Source: Candidatus Binatus sp. (GTDB taxonomy: Bacteria; Desulfobacterota; Binatia; Binatales; Binataceae). From it: a stretch of 64,000 nucleotides of DNA. Within the stretch, counting starts at the first letter, position 1; the number at the start of each line of letters is the position of its first letter. A program made the position numbers and the translations under genes. Positions 55,434 to 64,000 of the stretch are shown here, in pieces. Location of the stretch: contig NZ_JBEKFG010000010.1 in the NCBI RefSeq assembly GCF_050013435.1, positions 8,316 to 72,315 of the forward strand, in the 5' to 3' direction. The notes beneath the pieces were generated by a model that was not told where the DNA came from, made no database searches, and worked only from the letters and a program-made list of their open reading frames with translations.

Positions 55434-56693
55434 GTGATTTTTTCAGACGAAGACGCCGGCGCGGTGCGCGTCCTGCACGTAAGTCCGTGCTTCGCACCGG
55501 CGTGGGTTTATGGCGGGCTGGTCGAGTCGGCGTATCAGTTCGCCCGGCATCTGGCGCGCGCGGGAGCGGCGGTTCGGGTGCTGACTACGGACGCGAACGG
55601 TCCGGGAAAGAAGCTGGACTCGGCGCAGAAGGCACTATGCGCGCGCGGCCAAGGATTCGAAGTTCGCTACTGCGGGCGAATCGCGCGTCAATCGGTATCG
55701 CTCGAACTTCTCGGCGCGCTCGCCGATCAGGTGCGCTGGGCCGACGTGGTTCATCTGCACGCGGCGTACTCGTTTCCGACGATTCCAACCTTACTCGCGG
55801 CGCGAATGCTGGAACGGCCGGTGGTGTGGACGCCGCATGGCGCGCTGCAGCGCTGGAGCGGGTCGCGGCGAGTGCGGTTCAAGTCGCTGTGGGAGAAGGT
55901 GTGCAAGCTGGTTGCGCCGCGCGGGTTGGTGCTTCACCTGACCTCGGAGAGCGAGGTCGAAGAAACTCGCGCACGCTTTCCGCGCGCCAGCATCGAACTA
56001 ATTCCGAACGGAGTCGAGATTCCGCAATCACTTCATCGCGAGCCACGCGGCGCCGAGCTGCGGCTCGGATTTGTCGGCCGCCTCGATCCCAAGAAGGGAA
56101 TTGAGAATCTGCTCGCCGCCTGCCGCATGCTCAAAGAGCGCAACGGGCCGGTTTTTTCGCTCGCGATCGCGGGTTCGGGCTCGAGCGACTACGAGGCGAA
56201 ACTTCGCCGCGAGATCGATCACCTCGATCTGTCCAACGAGGTCGCGCTGCTTGGCGAACTGCGCGGCGAGGAAAAACAGCGGATGTTCGAGCGGACCGAC
56301 GTCGTCGTGGCGCCGTCGTTCACCGAGAATTTCGGGATAGTGGTAGCCGAAGCGCTTGCTCACGGCGCCGCCGTGATTGCGAGCACCGGTACTCCGTGGA
56401 AAGAAGTCGAGCGGACCGGCTGCGGGCTGTGGGTCGGCAACGATCCCGCCAGCCTGGCGGACGCAATCAGCAAAATAAGCTCGATGCCCGTCGCCGAGAT
56501 GGGCGAGCGCGGGCGGGGTTGGATGGCGGCAAGCTTTTCGTGGGACAAATGCGCGCTGGAAATGCTGGCGCTCTACAAGGACCTGCTGGCGCAGCACGGC
56601 GATCGGGATGCTCGCCGCCGCGCATCAGCGGCAAGCCGATGCAGCTCTGCGCGTGGTTGGGCGGACGGAACGCCGCCGCCACCGGGACGATGA
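55434..56693 (+). CDS. GT4-family glycosyltransferase (GT-B)
   Basis: VRVLHVSPCFAPAWVYGGLVES..., GRLDPKKGIENLLAA, VAPSFTENFGIVVAEALAHGAAVIASTGTPWKE. Start is GTG 55434 or GTG 55464. Confidence 0.85.
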   Translation: MIFSDEDAGAVRVLHVSPCFAPAWVYGGLVESAYQFARHLARAGAAVRVLTTDANGPGKKLDSAQKALCARGQGFEVRYCGRIARQSVSLELLGALADQVRWADVVHLHAAYSFPTIPTLLAARMLERPVVWTPHGALQRWSGSRRVRFKSLWEKVCKLVAPRGLVLHLTSESEVEETRARFPRASIELIPNGVEIPQSLHREPRGAELRLGFVGRLDPKKGIENLLAACRMLKERNGPVFSLAIAGSGSSDYEAKLRREIDHLDLSNEVALLGELRGEEKQRMFERTDVVVAPSFTENFGIVVAEALAHGAAVIASTGTPWKEVERTGCGLWVGNDPASLADAISKISSMPVAEMGERGRGWMAASFSWDKCALEMLALYKDLLAQHGDRDARRRASAASRCSSARGWADGTPPPPGR

Positions 56694-58213
56694 CAACGTT
56701 CGCGCGGCGCGAGTGGTTATTCATTGCACTGGTGGCTGCGTTCGGCGCGATCTTTATGCTCGAGTATCCGGCCTCGTTCGCAATTGCCGACGAGTGCGAG
56801 ATCCTCTCGCTCGCCTACAGCATCGCGCACGGCACGGTTTATCCCGACCGTGCCGGACTGCTCACCTGGAACCCGTCGATGGAGCTCGCGGCCGGCGGCC
56901 ACCGCATCGTCAAGTACTCGCCGTTTCACGCGATGCTACTGGCGCCAGCGGTTGCGAGCGACTGGCGGCTCGGGTTCCTGGTGAGTGCGGCGTTTTTCAT
57001 CGTGGGCGCGTTTGCGGTGCGCGCGATGCTGCGGGAGGCGGGACTCGCGACCGACTGGTGCATCCTGTATTTCATCCTGCCCGGGATGCTCTATTACTCG
57101 GCGACGCTGATGGCCGCCGTTCCGAGCGCGGCGATGGGCGCAGTAGGGGCGGCTCTGCTGTGGCGCGAATGCCCGCGCCGCATCTGGGGAGCGCTCGCGC
57201 TTGGCGCCGCGGTTCTGCTGCATGAGTGGATGGCGGTATTTGCGATCGCGTCGGCGGGAGCGTGGTGGCTGTCGCGGCCGCGCGCCGGGCGCTGGTCCGA
57301 CGCGGTGGCGCTCGCGGCGGGCGCCGCGCCGGCGATCATTGCGCTCGGGGCGTACAACTATGCCACCACGGCGTCGGCACTGCGGGGAGGCTACGCGATC
57401 AACGGCGAGGCCTTCTGGTTTACCGGCGAGCACTTCGCGTCATTTTTCCCGTTCTACGTCGCATCGATCGTGATTTTCCCGGTGGCAGGACTTGCGGCGC
57501 TTTCGCCGCGGTGGTCGCGAGGTTGGCAAACCCCCGCCGCGGTAGCTGCCGTAGTGATAGCAGCGTCGCTCTACGGTTATCGCGACGGCCTTACCAGCGG
57601 ACTCGCGCCGGCGGCGGCGATGCTCGCGGGCGCGGTACCCGGGCAGCGCTTTATCCTGCCGGCATCGGTAATCGCGTGCATACCGGCGGCGCGCTGGCTC
57701 GATCAGCGGCTCGGGCAACGGGGATTCGCCTGGACCACCGCGAGCCGAAGCGCAGCGCTCGCCGCCTTCGTGGCGTGCTTCGGGGTGATAGCCGCGCTCC
57801 ACGAGGACTTCCTGCGCGCCAATGCGGCGGTACAGACGGCGATCGCGCGCGCGGTTCCAGCCGGAGGACAAATCATGGGCGCCGACGAGGTGCTCAAGGA
57901 ACTCGCGCCCGTGTACCGAAACGTCCGACTGCGCCAAGTGGCTCCCGACGATCCAAATGTCGCGGCCGCCACCGACTCATACCTGATTTGGATGGGCGCG
58001 CCCGGCGCCGAGCCGCCGCCGGATTGGACGCGCGGCAGGAGGACCGAACTGGTCCGTGCGCGGTCGTGGGCATGGAATCGCGATCTCTGGATCGCGTGGC
58101 CGCGCGACGCGCACGCAAACGCAGCGGCTTATCTCATCGGTTTGCGCACGGCGACGTGCGCGCAGCAATTTGCCGATATAATGAAAGGTTCAGTTCGCGG
58201 TCATCAATGTTAA
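56690..58213 (+). CDS. Polytopic membrane protein, GT-C-like
   Basis: ATGA overlap with the upstream GT4. About 11 hydrophobic segments, a first-loop acidic motif FAIADECEIL, and a soluble C-terminal ~90 aa. Confidence 0.45.
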   Translation: MTTFARREWLFIALVAAFGAIFMLEYPASFAIADECEILSLAYSIAHGTVYPDRAGLLTWNPSMELAAGGHRIVKYSPFHAMLLAPAVASDWRLGFLVSAAFFIVGAFAVRAMLREAGLATDWCILYFILPGMLYYSATLMAAVPSAAMGAVGAALLWRECPRRIWGALALGAAVLLHEWMAVFAIASAGAWWLSRPRAGRWSDAVALAAGAAPAIIALGAYNYATTASALRGGYAINGEAFWFTGEHFASFFPFYVASIVIFPVAGLAALSPRWSRGWQTPAAVAAVVIAASLYGYRDGLTSGLAPAAAMLAGAVPGQRFILPASVIACIPAARWLDQRLGQRGFAWTTASRSAALAAFVACFGVIAALHEDFLRANAAVQTAIARAVPAGGQIMGADEVLKELAPVYRNVRLRQVAPDDPNVAAATDSYLIWMGAPGAEPPPDWTRGRRTELVRARSWAWNRDLWIAWPRDAHANAAAYLIGLRTATCAQQFADIMKGSVRGHQC

Positions 58214-59958
58214 TTGTAGGAATCAACGCATATCACGGCGACGCGAGCGCCGCCGCAATCGTCGACGGCAGGCTGATCGCAGCCGCGGAAGAAGAGCGCT
58301 TCAACCGCATCAAGCACGCGGCAGGATTTCCGGTCGAGGCTTTGAAGTATGTGGTGTCTGCGGCAGGCGCGTCGCCGCGCGACATCGACGTCATTGCCGT
58401 CGCGCGCGATCCGTGGGCGCGAATCATGCGCAAGGCGTGGTATGCGCTTAAGATGCCGTCGGCCGCGCGCGACCGGTTGAGCGCGCAATCGCGCTTTGCG
58501 TCGATCGGCGCGGAAGCGGCGCGCGCGCTGGGGGTCGGCGAGAGTTCGATCCCGGTGCGCCGCGTCGAGCATCATCGCGCGCATCTGGCGAGTTCGTTCC
58601 TGGTCTCGCCGTTCGACCAGGCAGCGCTGTTTTCGATCGACGGGTTGGGCGACTTCGCCAGCGCGATGTGGGGCGTCGGGCGCGGCGGTGCGATTTCGCC
58701 GATGGGCGTGGTGACATTTCCGCATTCGCTCGGAATCTTCTACACCGCGCTGACGCAGTACCTGGGGTTTCCGAAATACGGCGACGAATACAAGGTGATG
58801 GGGCTGGCGTCGTACGGGGCGCCGGAGATGCTCGAGGAGTTCCGCAAGATCGTGATCGCGCCGGACGGCGGGCGCATGGATTTCATGCTCGCGCCGGAAT
58901 ATTTCACCCATCAGAGGTCGGGCGGGGAGATGACGTGGCGCGCAGGCGAGCCCACGATAGGCAGGCTGTACTCGGACTTCCTGGTGACCCGGCTGGGCCC
59001 GGTGCGCGATCCGGCCGAGCCGGTGAACAAACGCCATATCGCGATCGCGGCGTCGATGCAGCGGCGGCTCGAGGAAGTGATACTCGATCGGCTGCGCAAC
59101 CTGCAGCGCGCGACCGGACTGAAAAAGCTCTGCCTTGCGGGCGGCGTCGCCTACAACTGCGTCGTCAACGGCAAGATCCTGGAGCAGACGGGCTTCGAGG
59201 ACATCTATATACAGTCGGCGGCGGGCGACGCGGGGCTGGCGATAGGCGCGGCTTTCGATCGATGGCATTCGAGCGCATCGCGGCCGCGCGAGTTTGTGAT
59301 GGAGCACGCCAATTGGGGTCCCGAATTCCGCGCCGATGAGATCGCGGTATTACTCAGTTCGCGCGAATCTGAAATAGCCACTCAGGGCTGCGTGATTAGC
59401 AAGATCGAAGATGAAGACGAACTCTGCCGCGTGACTGCGGCGACGATCGCGGATGGGCAGGTCGTGGGATGGTTCCAGGGGCGGATGGAGTGGGGTCCGC
59501 GGGCGCTGGGCAATCGCAGTATCGTGGCCGATCCGCGCCGGGCCGGGATGCGCGACATCCTGAATTCGAAAATCAAGCGCCGCGAAATGTTCCGGCCCTT
59601 TGCGCCGTCGATTCTGGAGGAAGCCGCCGCTGACTACTTCACGCAGTCGTATCCGTCACCGTTCATGCTGATGGCATACCCGGTGCGGCCCGAGAAGCGC
59701 GCGGTAATTCCGGCCACGACGCACGTTGATGGAACGGGAAGGCTACAGACAGTCAATGCGCGGCAGAACCCGCTATACCACAAGCTGATCCGCGAGTTCG
59801 GCCGTCAGACGGGAGTACCAGTGCTGCTCAACACCTCCTTTAACGAAAACGAGCCGGTGGTTTGCCGTCCTGAAGAGGCGCTCGATTGCTTTCTCAGAAC
59901 GAAAATGGACCTGCTGGTAATGGGACCTTTCACCATTCGCCGTGGCGACGGGAATTAG
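58207..59958 (+). CDS. Carbamoyltransferase (NodU/CmcH family)
   Basis: MLIVGINAYHGDASAAAIVDGRLIAAAEEERFNRIKH..., EHHRAHLASSF, GDEYKVMGLASYG, C-terminal domain WFQGRMEWGPRALGNRSI...RPFAPS...VLLNTSFNENEPVV. Confidence 0.9.
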   Translation: MLIVGINAYHGDASAAAIVDGRLIAAAEEERFNRIKHAAGFPVEALKYVVSAAGASPRDIDVIAVARDPWARIMRKAWYALKMPSAARDRLSAQSRFASIGAEAARALGVGESSIPVRRVEHHRAHLASSFLVSPFDQAALFSIDGLGDFASAMWGVGRGGAISPMGVVTFPHSLGIFYTALTQYLGFPKYGDEYKVMGLASYGAPEMLEEFRKIVIAPDGGRMDFMLAPEYFTHQRSGGEMTWRAGEPTIGRLYSDFLVTRLGPVRDPAEPVNKRHIAIAASMQRRLEEVILDRLRNLQRATGLKKLCLAGGVAYNCVVNGKILEQTGFEDIYIQSAAGDAGLAIGAAFDRWHSSASRPREFVMEHANWGPEFRADEIAVLLSSRESEIATQGCVISKIEDEDELCRVTAATIADGQVVGWFQGRMEWGPRALGNRSIVADPRRAGMRDILNSKIKRREMFRPFAPSILEEAAADYFTQSYPSPFMLMAYPVRPEKRAVIPATTHVDGTGRLQTVNARQNPLYHKLIREFGRQTGVPVLLNTSFNENEPVVCRPEEALDCFLRTKMDLLVMGPFTIRRGDGN

Positions 59959-60052
59959 CTATCGTCGCGGGCCGAAAGATGCGTATCATCATACCTATAA
60001 CGTCAAGTCACGAAGCTGGGTTAGTCTTGCACACCAAGCATAGGAGTTGTTC

Positions 60053-61087
60053 ATGAAGAGGGTCCTGGTCACTGGAGCCGGTGGTTTCATCGGCCACCAT
60101 CTGGTGAGTTATCTCAAGAGAAGGGGCGACTGGGTACGCGGCGCGGATCTGAAACGCCCCGAATATGAGCCGAGCGCGGCCGACGACTTTGCGCTGTTAG
60201 ACCTGCGCCGGTGGGAAAACTGCCTGAAGGCGACCGATGGAATCGACGAGGTGTACGCGCTCGCCGCCGACATGGGAGGAATGGGTTTCATCTCGGCGCA
60301 TCACGCCGAGATTCTCCGCAACAATTCGTTGATTAACATTCACACGATTGACGCGGCGCGCGAGAATGGCGCGAAGCGCTACCTGTACACCTCGTCCGCC
60401 TGCGTTTACCCGGAGTACAGGCAGACCGACGCGAATGTCACGCCGCTCAAAGAAGAAGACGCCTACCCGGCGCAGCCGCAGGACGCCTATGGTTGGGAGA
60501 AGCTCATAACCGAGCACCTCTGCACTCACTACCGGGAAGATTACGGGCTCGAGACGCGCATCGTGCGCTTCCATAACATCTTTGGCCCGCTGGGCACCTG
60601 GGATGGCGGTCGCGAGAAGGCGCCTGCCGCGTTGTGCCGCAAGGTGTCGCTCGCCAAGCTTAACGGGCAATCCGAGATCGAGATCTGGGGCGACGGCGAG
60701 CAGACGCGCTCGTTCTGTTACATCGACGATTGCGTGGAAGGCATCTACCGGTTGATGCGCTCGGATTATCGGGAGCCGCTCAATCTTGGCCAGGATCGAC
60801 TCGTGACTATTAACCAACTCGCCGATATTGTCGCTGCGGCGGCGGGGATCAGCATAACCAAAAAGCACGTAGCAGGCCCGCAAGGCGTGCGCGGCCGCAA
60901 TTCTGACAACACACGGCTGCGCGCAGTCCTTCACTGGGAGCCTGAGATAAGCCTGGAAGAAGGTTTCAGGCGCACCTATCTCTGGATCGATCATCAGGTG
61001 CGCGCGGCCAATCATCGGGTCGCGTCCAGGTCATCCGGTCCACTGGAGAATCCATCGAGCGCCGTGCGCCGCGGCTCCGCATCGTAA
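60053..61087 (+). CDS. gme: GDP-mannose 3,5-epimerase-like SDR
   Basis: VLVTGAGGFIGHHL; LAADMGGMGFI; SSACVYPEYRQ...PQDAYGWEKL...FHNIFGPLGTWDGGREKAPAALCRK...WGDGEQTRSF...GPQGVRGRNSDN. This is colinear with the plant/bacterial GME sequence as I remember it. Confidence 0.75.
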   Translation: MKRVLVTGAGGFIGHHLVSYLKRRGDWVRGADLKRPEYEPSAADDFALLDLRRWENCLKATDGIDEVYALAADMGGMGFISAHHAEILRNNSLINIHTIDAARENGAKRYLYTSSACVYPEYRQTDANVTPLKEEDAYPAQPQDAYGWEKLITEHLCTHYREDYGLETRIVRFHNIFGPLGTWDGGREKAPAALCRKVSLAKLNGQSEIEIWGDGEQTRSFCYIDDCVEGIYRLMRSDYREPLNLGQDRLVTINQLADIVAAAAGISITKKHVAGPQGVRGRNSDNTRLRAVLHWEPEISLEEGFRRTYLWIDHQVRAANHRVASRSSGPLENPSSAVRRGSAS

Positions 61088-61091
61088 TCCT

Positions 61092-62384
61092 ATGGCAGGC
61101 GCGAAAAAGCAAAGTGCTTTTTCGCCGGCGCCGCCAGAACCGGCGCGCGATTTCTGGCGCCGTTCAATTCCGGTTAGTCAAACGCGAGTACTATTCTTAA
61201 ACCGTTCGTTCTGGCCTGACCGCGAAGCTACCGGTCAATTCCTGACCGAACTTTGCGACGACCTTTCGCGGGATCACGAAGTTACAATCGTGGCGGGGCC
61301 GTCGCGTGAGAGGGGTTCCGCGGGCTTTCATTTGTGGTCGCACGAACAACGCGGCAGGGTTTCGATCGTGCGCACCTGGGGGACGGGATTTTCAAAGTCG
61401 AACCTGCTCGGCCGATTAGTCAATCTGGGTACCTACTACCTATTGGCGGCAGTAGTGGCATTGCGGCTGCCGCGCCCCGATGTAATAGTCGCCGAGACCG
61501 ACCCTCCGCTGCTCGGCGCGCTGGCGGCGGTGCTGAAACGGCGCTGGGGATGCAGGCTGATTTACAACGTGCGGGATCTTTATCCCGATATCGCGGAAGC
61601 TACCGGCGGAGTGCGCAACCCGTTGCTGCTCGGGTTGCTGCGCCGCGCCAACGACTACGCCTACAAACGGTCCGACCTGATCGTGACGCTCGGCCATGAT
61701 ATGGCGGCTCGAATCGTCAACAAGGGCGTTCCGGCGGACAAGGTGGTGGTGGTTCCGGATTGGGTCGATTGCGGACGCATCCGTCCGCTCGAGAGCAATC
61801 CGTTCCGGCGCAACTTCGGGAAAAAGTTTGTCGTGATGTATTCGGGCAACATCGGACTTTCGCAGCAACTCGAGGCCGTGCTCGAGGCCGCCGACCGGCT
61901 GCGCGATGACGAGCGCATTCTGTTCGCAATGATCGGCGAAGGCGCGCGCAAAAAGTGGCTCGAGGAACGGGCGCGCTCGATGGGATTGCCCAACGTGATT
62001 TTCCTGCCCTATCAGCCGCTGGAGAATCTCGCCGAGTCGCTGACTGCCGCCGATCTCCATCTCATTCCGCTCGCGCCGGGTGCGGCGGGATGCCTGGTGC
62101 CGAGCAAGATTTACGGTATCCTGGCGGCAGGCCGGCCGTTCATCGCAATGATGGAGGCGAGTGCCGAGGTTGCGCAAATCGCGCGCGAAAACGCGGTCGG
62201 TTTTGTCGTGCGGCCGGGCGACATCGATGGTCTCGTCGGCGCGATCCGCGAGGCGGTCGATGCGCCGGAACGCCTCAAGCAGATGGGTGTGCGGGCGCGA
62301 CGCCTGGCAGAGCTGCGGTTCGATCGGATCAAAGTTACCGGCAGGTTCGGCTCGGTGCTGGCCGGCGTCGCGATGAATAACTAA
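61092..62384 (+). CDS. GT4-family glycosyltransferase, WcaI-like
   Basis: VLFLNRSFWPDREATGQFLTELCDDLSRDHEVTIVAG, YSGNIGLSQQLEAVLEAA, LIPLAPGAAGCLVPSKIYGILAAGRPFIA. Confidence 0.8.
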   Translation: MAGAKKQSAFSPAPPEPARDFWRRSIPVSQTRVLFLNRSFWPDREATGQFLTELCDDLSRDHEVTIVAGPSRERGSAGFHLWSHEQRGRVSIVRTWGTGFSKSNLLGRLVNLGTYYLLAAVVALRLPRPDVIVAETDPPLLGALAAVLKRRWGCRLIYNVRDLYPDIAEATGGVRNPLLLGLLRRANDYAYKRSDLIVTLGHDMAARIVNKGVPADKVVVVPDWVDCGRIRPLESNPFRRNFGKKFVVMYSGNIGLSQQLEAVLEAADRLRDDERILFAMIGEGARKKWLEERARSMGLPNVIFLPYQPLENLAESLTAADLHLIPLAPGAAGCLVPSKIYGILAAGRPFIAMMEASAEVAQIARENAVGFVVRPGDIDGLVGAIREAVDAPERLKQMGVRARRLAELRFDRIKVTGRFGSVLAGVAMNN

Positions 62385-62395
62385 CGGGATAAAAG

Positions 62396-62758
62396 ATGAA
62401 TCGAGCACGAAAACCGGTCCGGATTGTGCCCAAGGGATGGGGCCGCGAGGTATGGATTGCAAACGGCGACCTCTACTGCGGGAAAATTCTCGAAATTCGC
62501 AAGGGCAAGAAGTGCTCGCTGCATTACCACAAGCTCAAGACCGAATCGTTCTACCTGCGCAGCGGCAGGTTGCTGGTGCGAATCAAGGAGTCGCCGGAAA
62601 GCGCCACGATCGAGGAGTTCGAATTGAGCGCGGGCGAATGCATGGACGTGCCGATCGGATTGGTTCATCAGATGGAAGCGCTCGAGGACGCCGAGCTGTT
62701 TGAATTTTCCACCCAGCACTTTGACAGCGATTCGCATCGGCTGGTGCGCGGCGACTGA
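62396..62758 (+). CDS. Cupin-domain protein (type II phosphomannose-isomerase C-terminal-like)
   Basis: PKGWGREVWIANGDLYCGKILEIRKGKKCSLHYHKLKTESFYLRSGRLLV...GLVHQMEALEDAELFEFSTQH. Confidence 0.7.
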   Translation: MNRARKPVRIVPKGWGREVWIANGDLYCGKILEIRKGKKCSLHYHKLKTESFYLRSGRLLVRIKESPESATIEEFELSAGECMDVPIGLVHQMEALEDAELFEFSTQHFDSDSHRLVRGD

Positions 62759-62795
62759 ATCCGGGAGCGGCGCAAATCGATTGAAGTGCCTGCAC

Positions 62796-62829
62796 AGGCG
62801 CGGCGAAATACGCCGCGCCTTTTTTATTT
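62796..62829 (+). terminator. Intrinsic terminator between the cupin gene and gmd
   Basis: aggcgcggcg (62796-62805), loop aaata, cgccgcgcct (62811-62820), then tttttattt. Confidence 0.75.
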
Positions 62830-62844
62830 CCGGCCACAGGCTGT

Positions 62845-62873
62845 TTTTTGCGCTCTGGCGGAAGTGGTATATT
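62845..62873 (+). promoter_or_regulatory. Extended -10 promoter candidate for gmd
   Basis: TGgTATATT (62865-62873). The -35 region is poor (tttttg). Confidence 0.35.
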
Positions 62874-62901
62874 ATGCGGCGCCGCGCGGTGCGGCGTTCA
62901 G

Positions 62902-63918
62902 ATGGCAAAAGTAGCATTGATTACCGGAGTGACCGGACAAGACGGTTCCTACCTGGCCGAGTTTCTTCTGAAAAAGGGCTGCGAAGTGCATGGGATGGTG
63001 CGGCGCACTTCGAGTTTCGCCACCGGGCGAATCGATCATTTGCGCAAGGGCTTCGGACCCAATTCCGAAGGTTTGCAGCTGCACTACGGCGACCTCGGCG
63101 ATGGCACCGGGCTTAGGCGGATCATCGAGCAGGTGCGTCCCGACGAGGTTTACAATCTCGCCGCGCAGTCGCACGTGCGCATCTCATTCGATCAACCCGA
63201 ATACACGGCCGATGTCGTAGGCCTGGGGGCGCTGCGGCTGCTCGAGGCGCTGCGCGATCACAACAAGCGCCGTGGGCGGGCTGCGCGGCTGTACCAGGCG
63301 GGATCGTCGGAGATGTTCGGCAAGGTGAGGGAAACTCCGCAGCGCGAGACCACGCCGTTTCATCCGCGCAGTCCTTACGCGTGCGCCAAAGTCTATGCGC
63401 ACTGGCAGACGATCAATTATCGCGAAGCGTACGGGCTGTTCGCCTGCAACGGAATCCTGTTCAACCACGAGTCACCGAGGCGCGGCGAAAATTTCGTCAC
63501 GCGCAAAATCACGCGCAGCGCGACGCGAATCAAGCTCGGCCTCCAGGAGAAGCTCGCACTGGGAAACCTGGACGCGCACCGCGACTGGGGATTCGCCGGC
63601 GACTACGTCGAGGCTATGTGGCTGATGCTGCAGCAGGAGCAGCCCGATGACTACGTAATCGCCACGGGCGAGACCCATTCGGTGCAGGAGTTTCTCGAAG
63701 TCGTGTTCGATCGCCTGAAATTGAAATGGCAGGATCACGTCGAGATCGATCAGCGATTCTTCCGTCCCGCGGAAGTCGATGCGCTGATCGGTGACGCCTC
63801 GAAGGCGAAGCGCCAACTCGGTTGGGAGCCCAAGGTGAAGTTCGAACAGCTCGCCGAATTGATGGTCGAAGCGGATCTCGAGCTTGCCGAACGCGAACTG
63901 CGCGGCAACCCGCACTAG
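62902..63918 (+). CDS. gmd: GDP-mannose 4,6-dehydratase
   Basis: [39 protein letters not shown]...[10 protein letters not shown]...[47 protein letters not shown]. Confidence 0.95.
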   Translation: MAKVALITGVTGQDGSYLAEFLLKKGCEVHGMVRRTSSFATGRIDHLRKGFGPNSEGLQLHYGDLGDGTGLRRIIEQVRPDEVYNLAAQSHVRISFDQPEYTADVVGLGALRLLEALRDHNKRRGRAARLYQAGSSEMFGKVRETPQRETTPFHPRSPYACAKVYAHWQTINYREAYGLFACNGILFNHESPRRGENFVTRKITRSATRIKLGLQEKLALGNLDAHRDWGFAGDYVEAMWLMLQQEQPDDYVIATGETHSVQEFLEVVFDRLKLKWQDHVEIDQRFFRPAEVDALIGDASKAKRQLGWEPKVKFEQLAELMVEADLELAERELRGNPH

Positions 63919-63941
63919 CAAATCCTGTTACGCACGTAACC

Positions 63942-63974
63942 TGACCGACTGACCGCGTAGCGGTCAGTCGGTCA
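63942..63974 (+). terminator. Hairpin after gmd (terminator candidate, weak T-tract)
   Basis: tgaccgactgaccgc (63942-63956), loop gta, gcggtcagtcggtca (63960-63974). Perfect 15-bp stem. Confidence 0.5.
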
Positions 63975-64000
63975 AATCGCTTCATATGAATTGCCCTGCT

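Noticed and set aside
57226-58206. 5' extension of the carbamoyltransferase ORF (910 aa track ORF); similar long 5' extensions of 37663.., 38919.., 39887.., 42293.., 46282.., 49380.. and 56396..
   Set aside because: The extensions overlap the preceding well-supported genes in another frame. In each case a canonical N-terminus starts at an ATGA overlap (for example MLIVGINAYHGD at 58207 and MKVSVVIPTYN at 37996, 39024, 40052 and 42398).

Overview
High-GC bacterial chromosomal segment. I saw no rRNA, CRISPR array, transposase, integrase or phage genes. All homology calls come from motif recognition by eye; nothing was searched or computed.

Left part (1-24.2 kb):
- A partial family III CoA-transferase and a MacA/MacB-type efflux pair.
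- A tandem triplication, plus a decayed fourth remnant, of a ~1.51 kb unit. Each unit carries a DUF1329-like secreted protein with its own promoter-like box and terminator hairpins.
- A YchF-like ATPase and tRNA-Thr(CGT).
- A minus-strand operon: IMPase-family enzyme, sphingosine-1-phosphate-lyase-like PLP enzyme, FGGY kinase.
- Cyclopropane-fatty-acid synthase.
- A redox module: Fur/PerR-like regulator, rubrerythrin, HdrD/GlpC-like Fe-S protein, DUF3501.
- A Cys-rich secreted propeller-like protein and a DUF1302-like outer-membrane protein.

Right part (24.3-64 kb) is one strictly plus-strand polysaccharide locus of about 40 kb:
- It opens with a specialised NusG paralogue.
- Export genes follow: a giant Wza-like exporter, a lytic transglycosylase, a Wzi-like protein and a Wzz-like protein.
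- About 15 glycosyltransferases: GT4, GT2, CgeB-like and GT-C-like.
- Four methyltransferases, a radical SAM enzyme and a carbamoyltransferase.
- GDP-mannose 3,5-epimerase and GDP-mannose 4,6-dehydratase.

The most unusual feature is at 38-46.4 kb. Consecutive genes are separated by a recurring 70-105 bp junction element that ends in an ATGA stop/start overlap. The element is conserved at DNA level regardless of reading frame: it encodes a protein tail in GT2 genes, is read in another frame in a GT-C gene, and is non-coding in one copy. It is also attached to an unrelated radical SAM gene. I read this as a cassette array built for recombinational diversification of the polysaccharide.

Other DNA-level oddities are a 52-bp tandem array made of half-palindromes and a multi-site composite intergenic repeat family.
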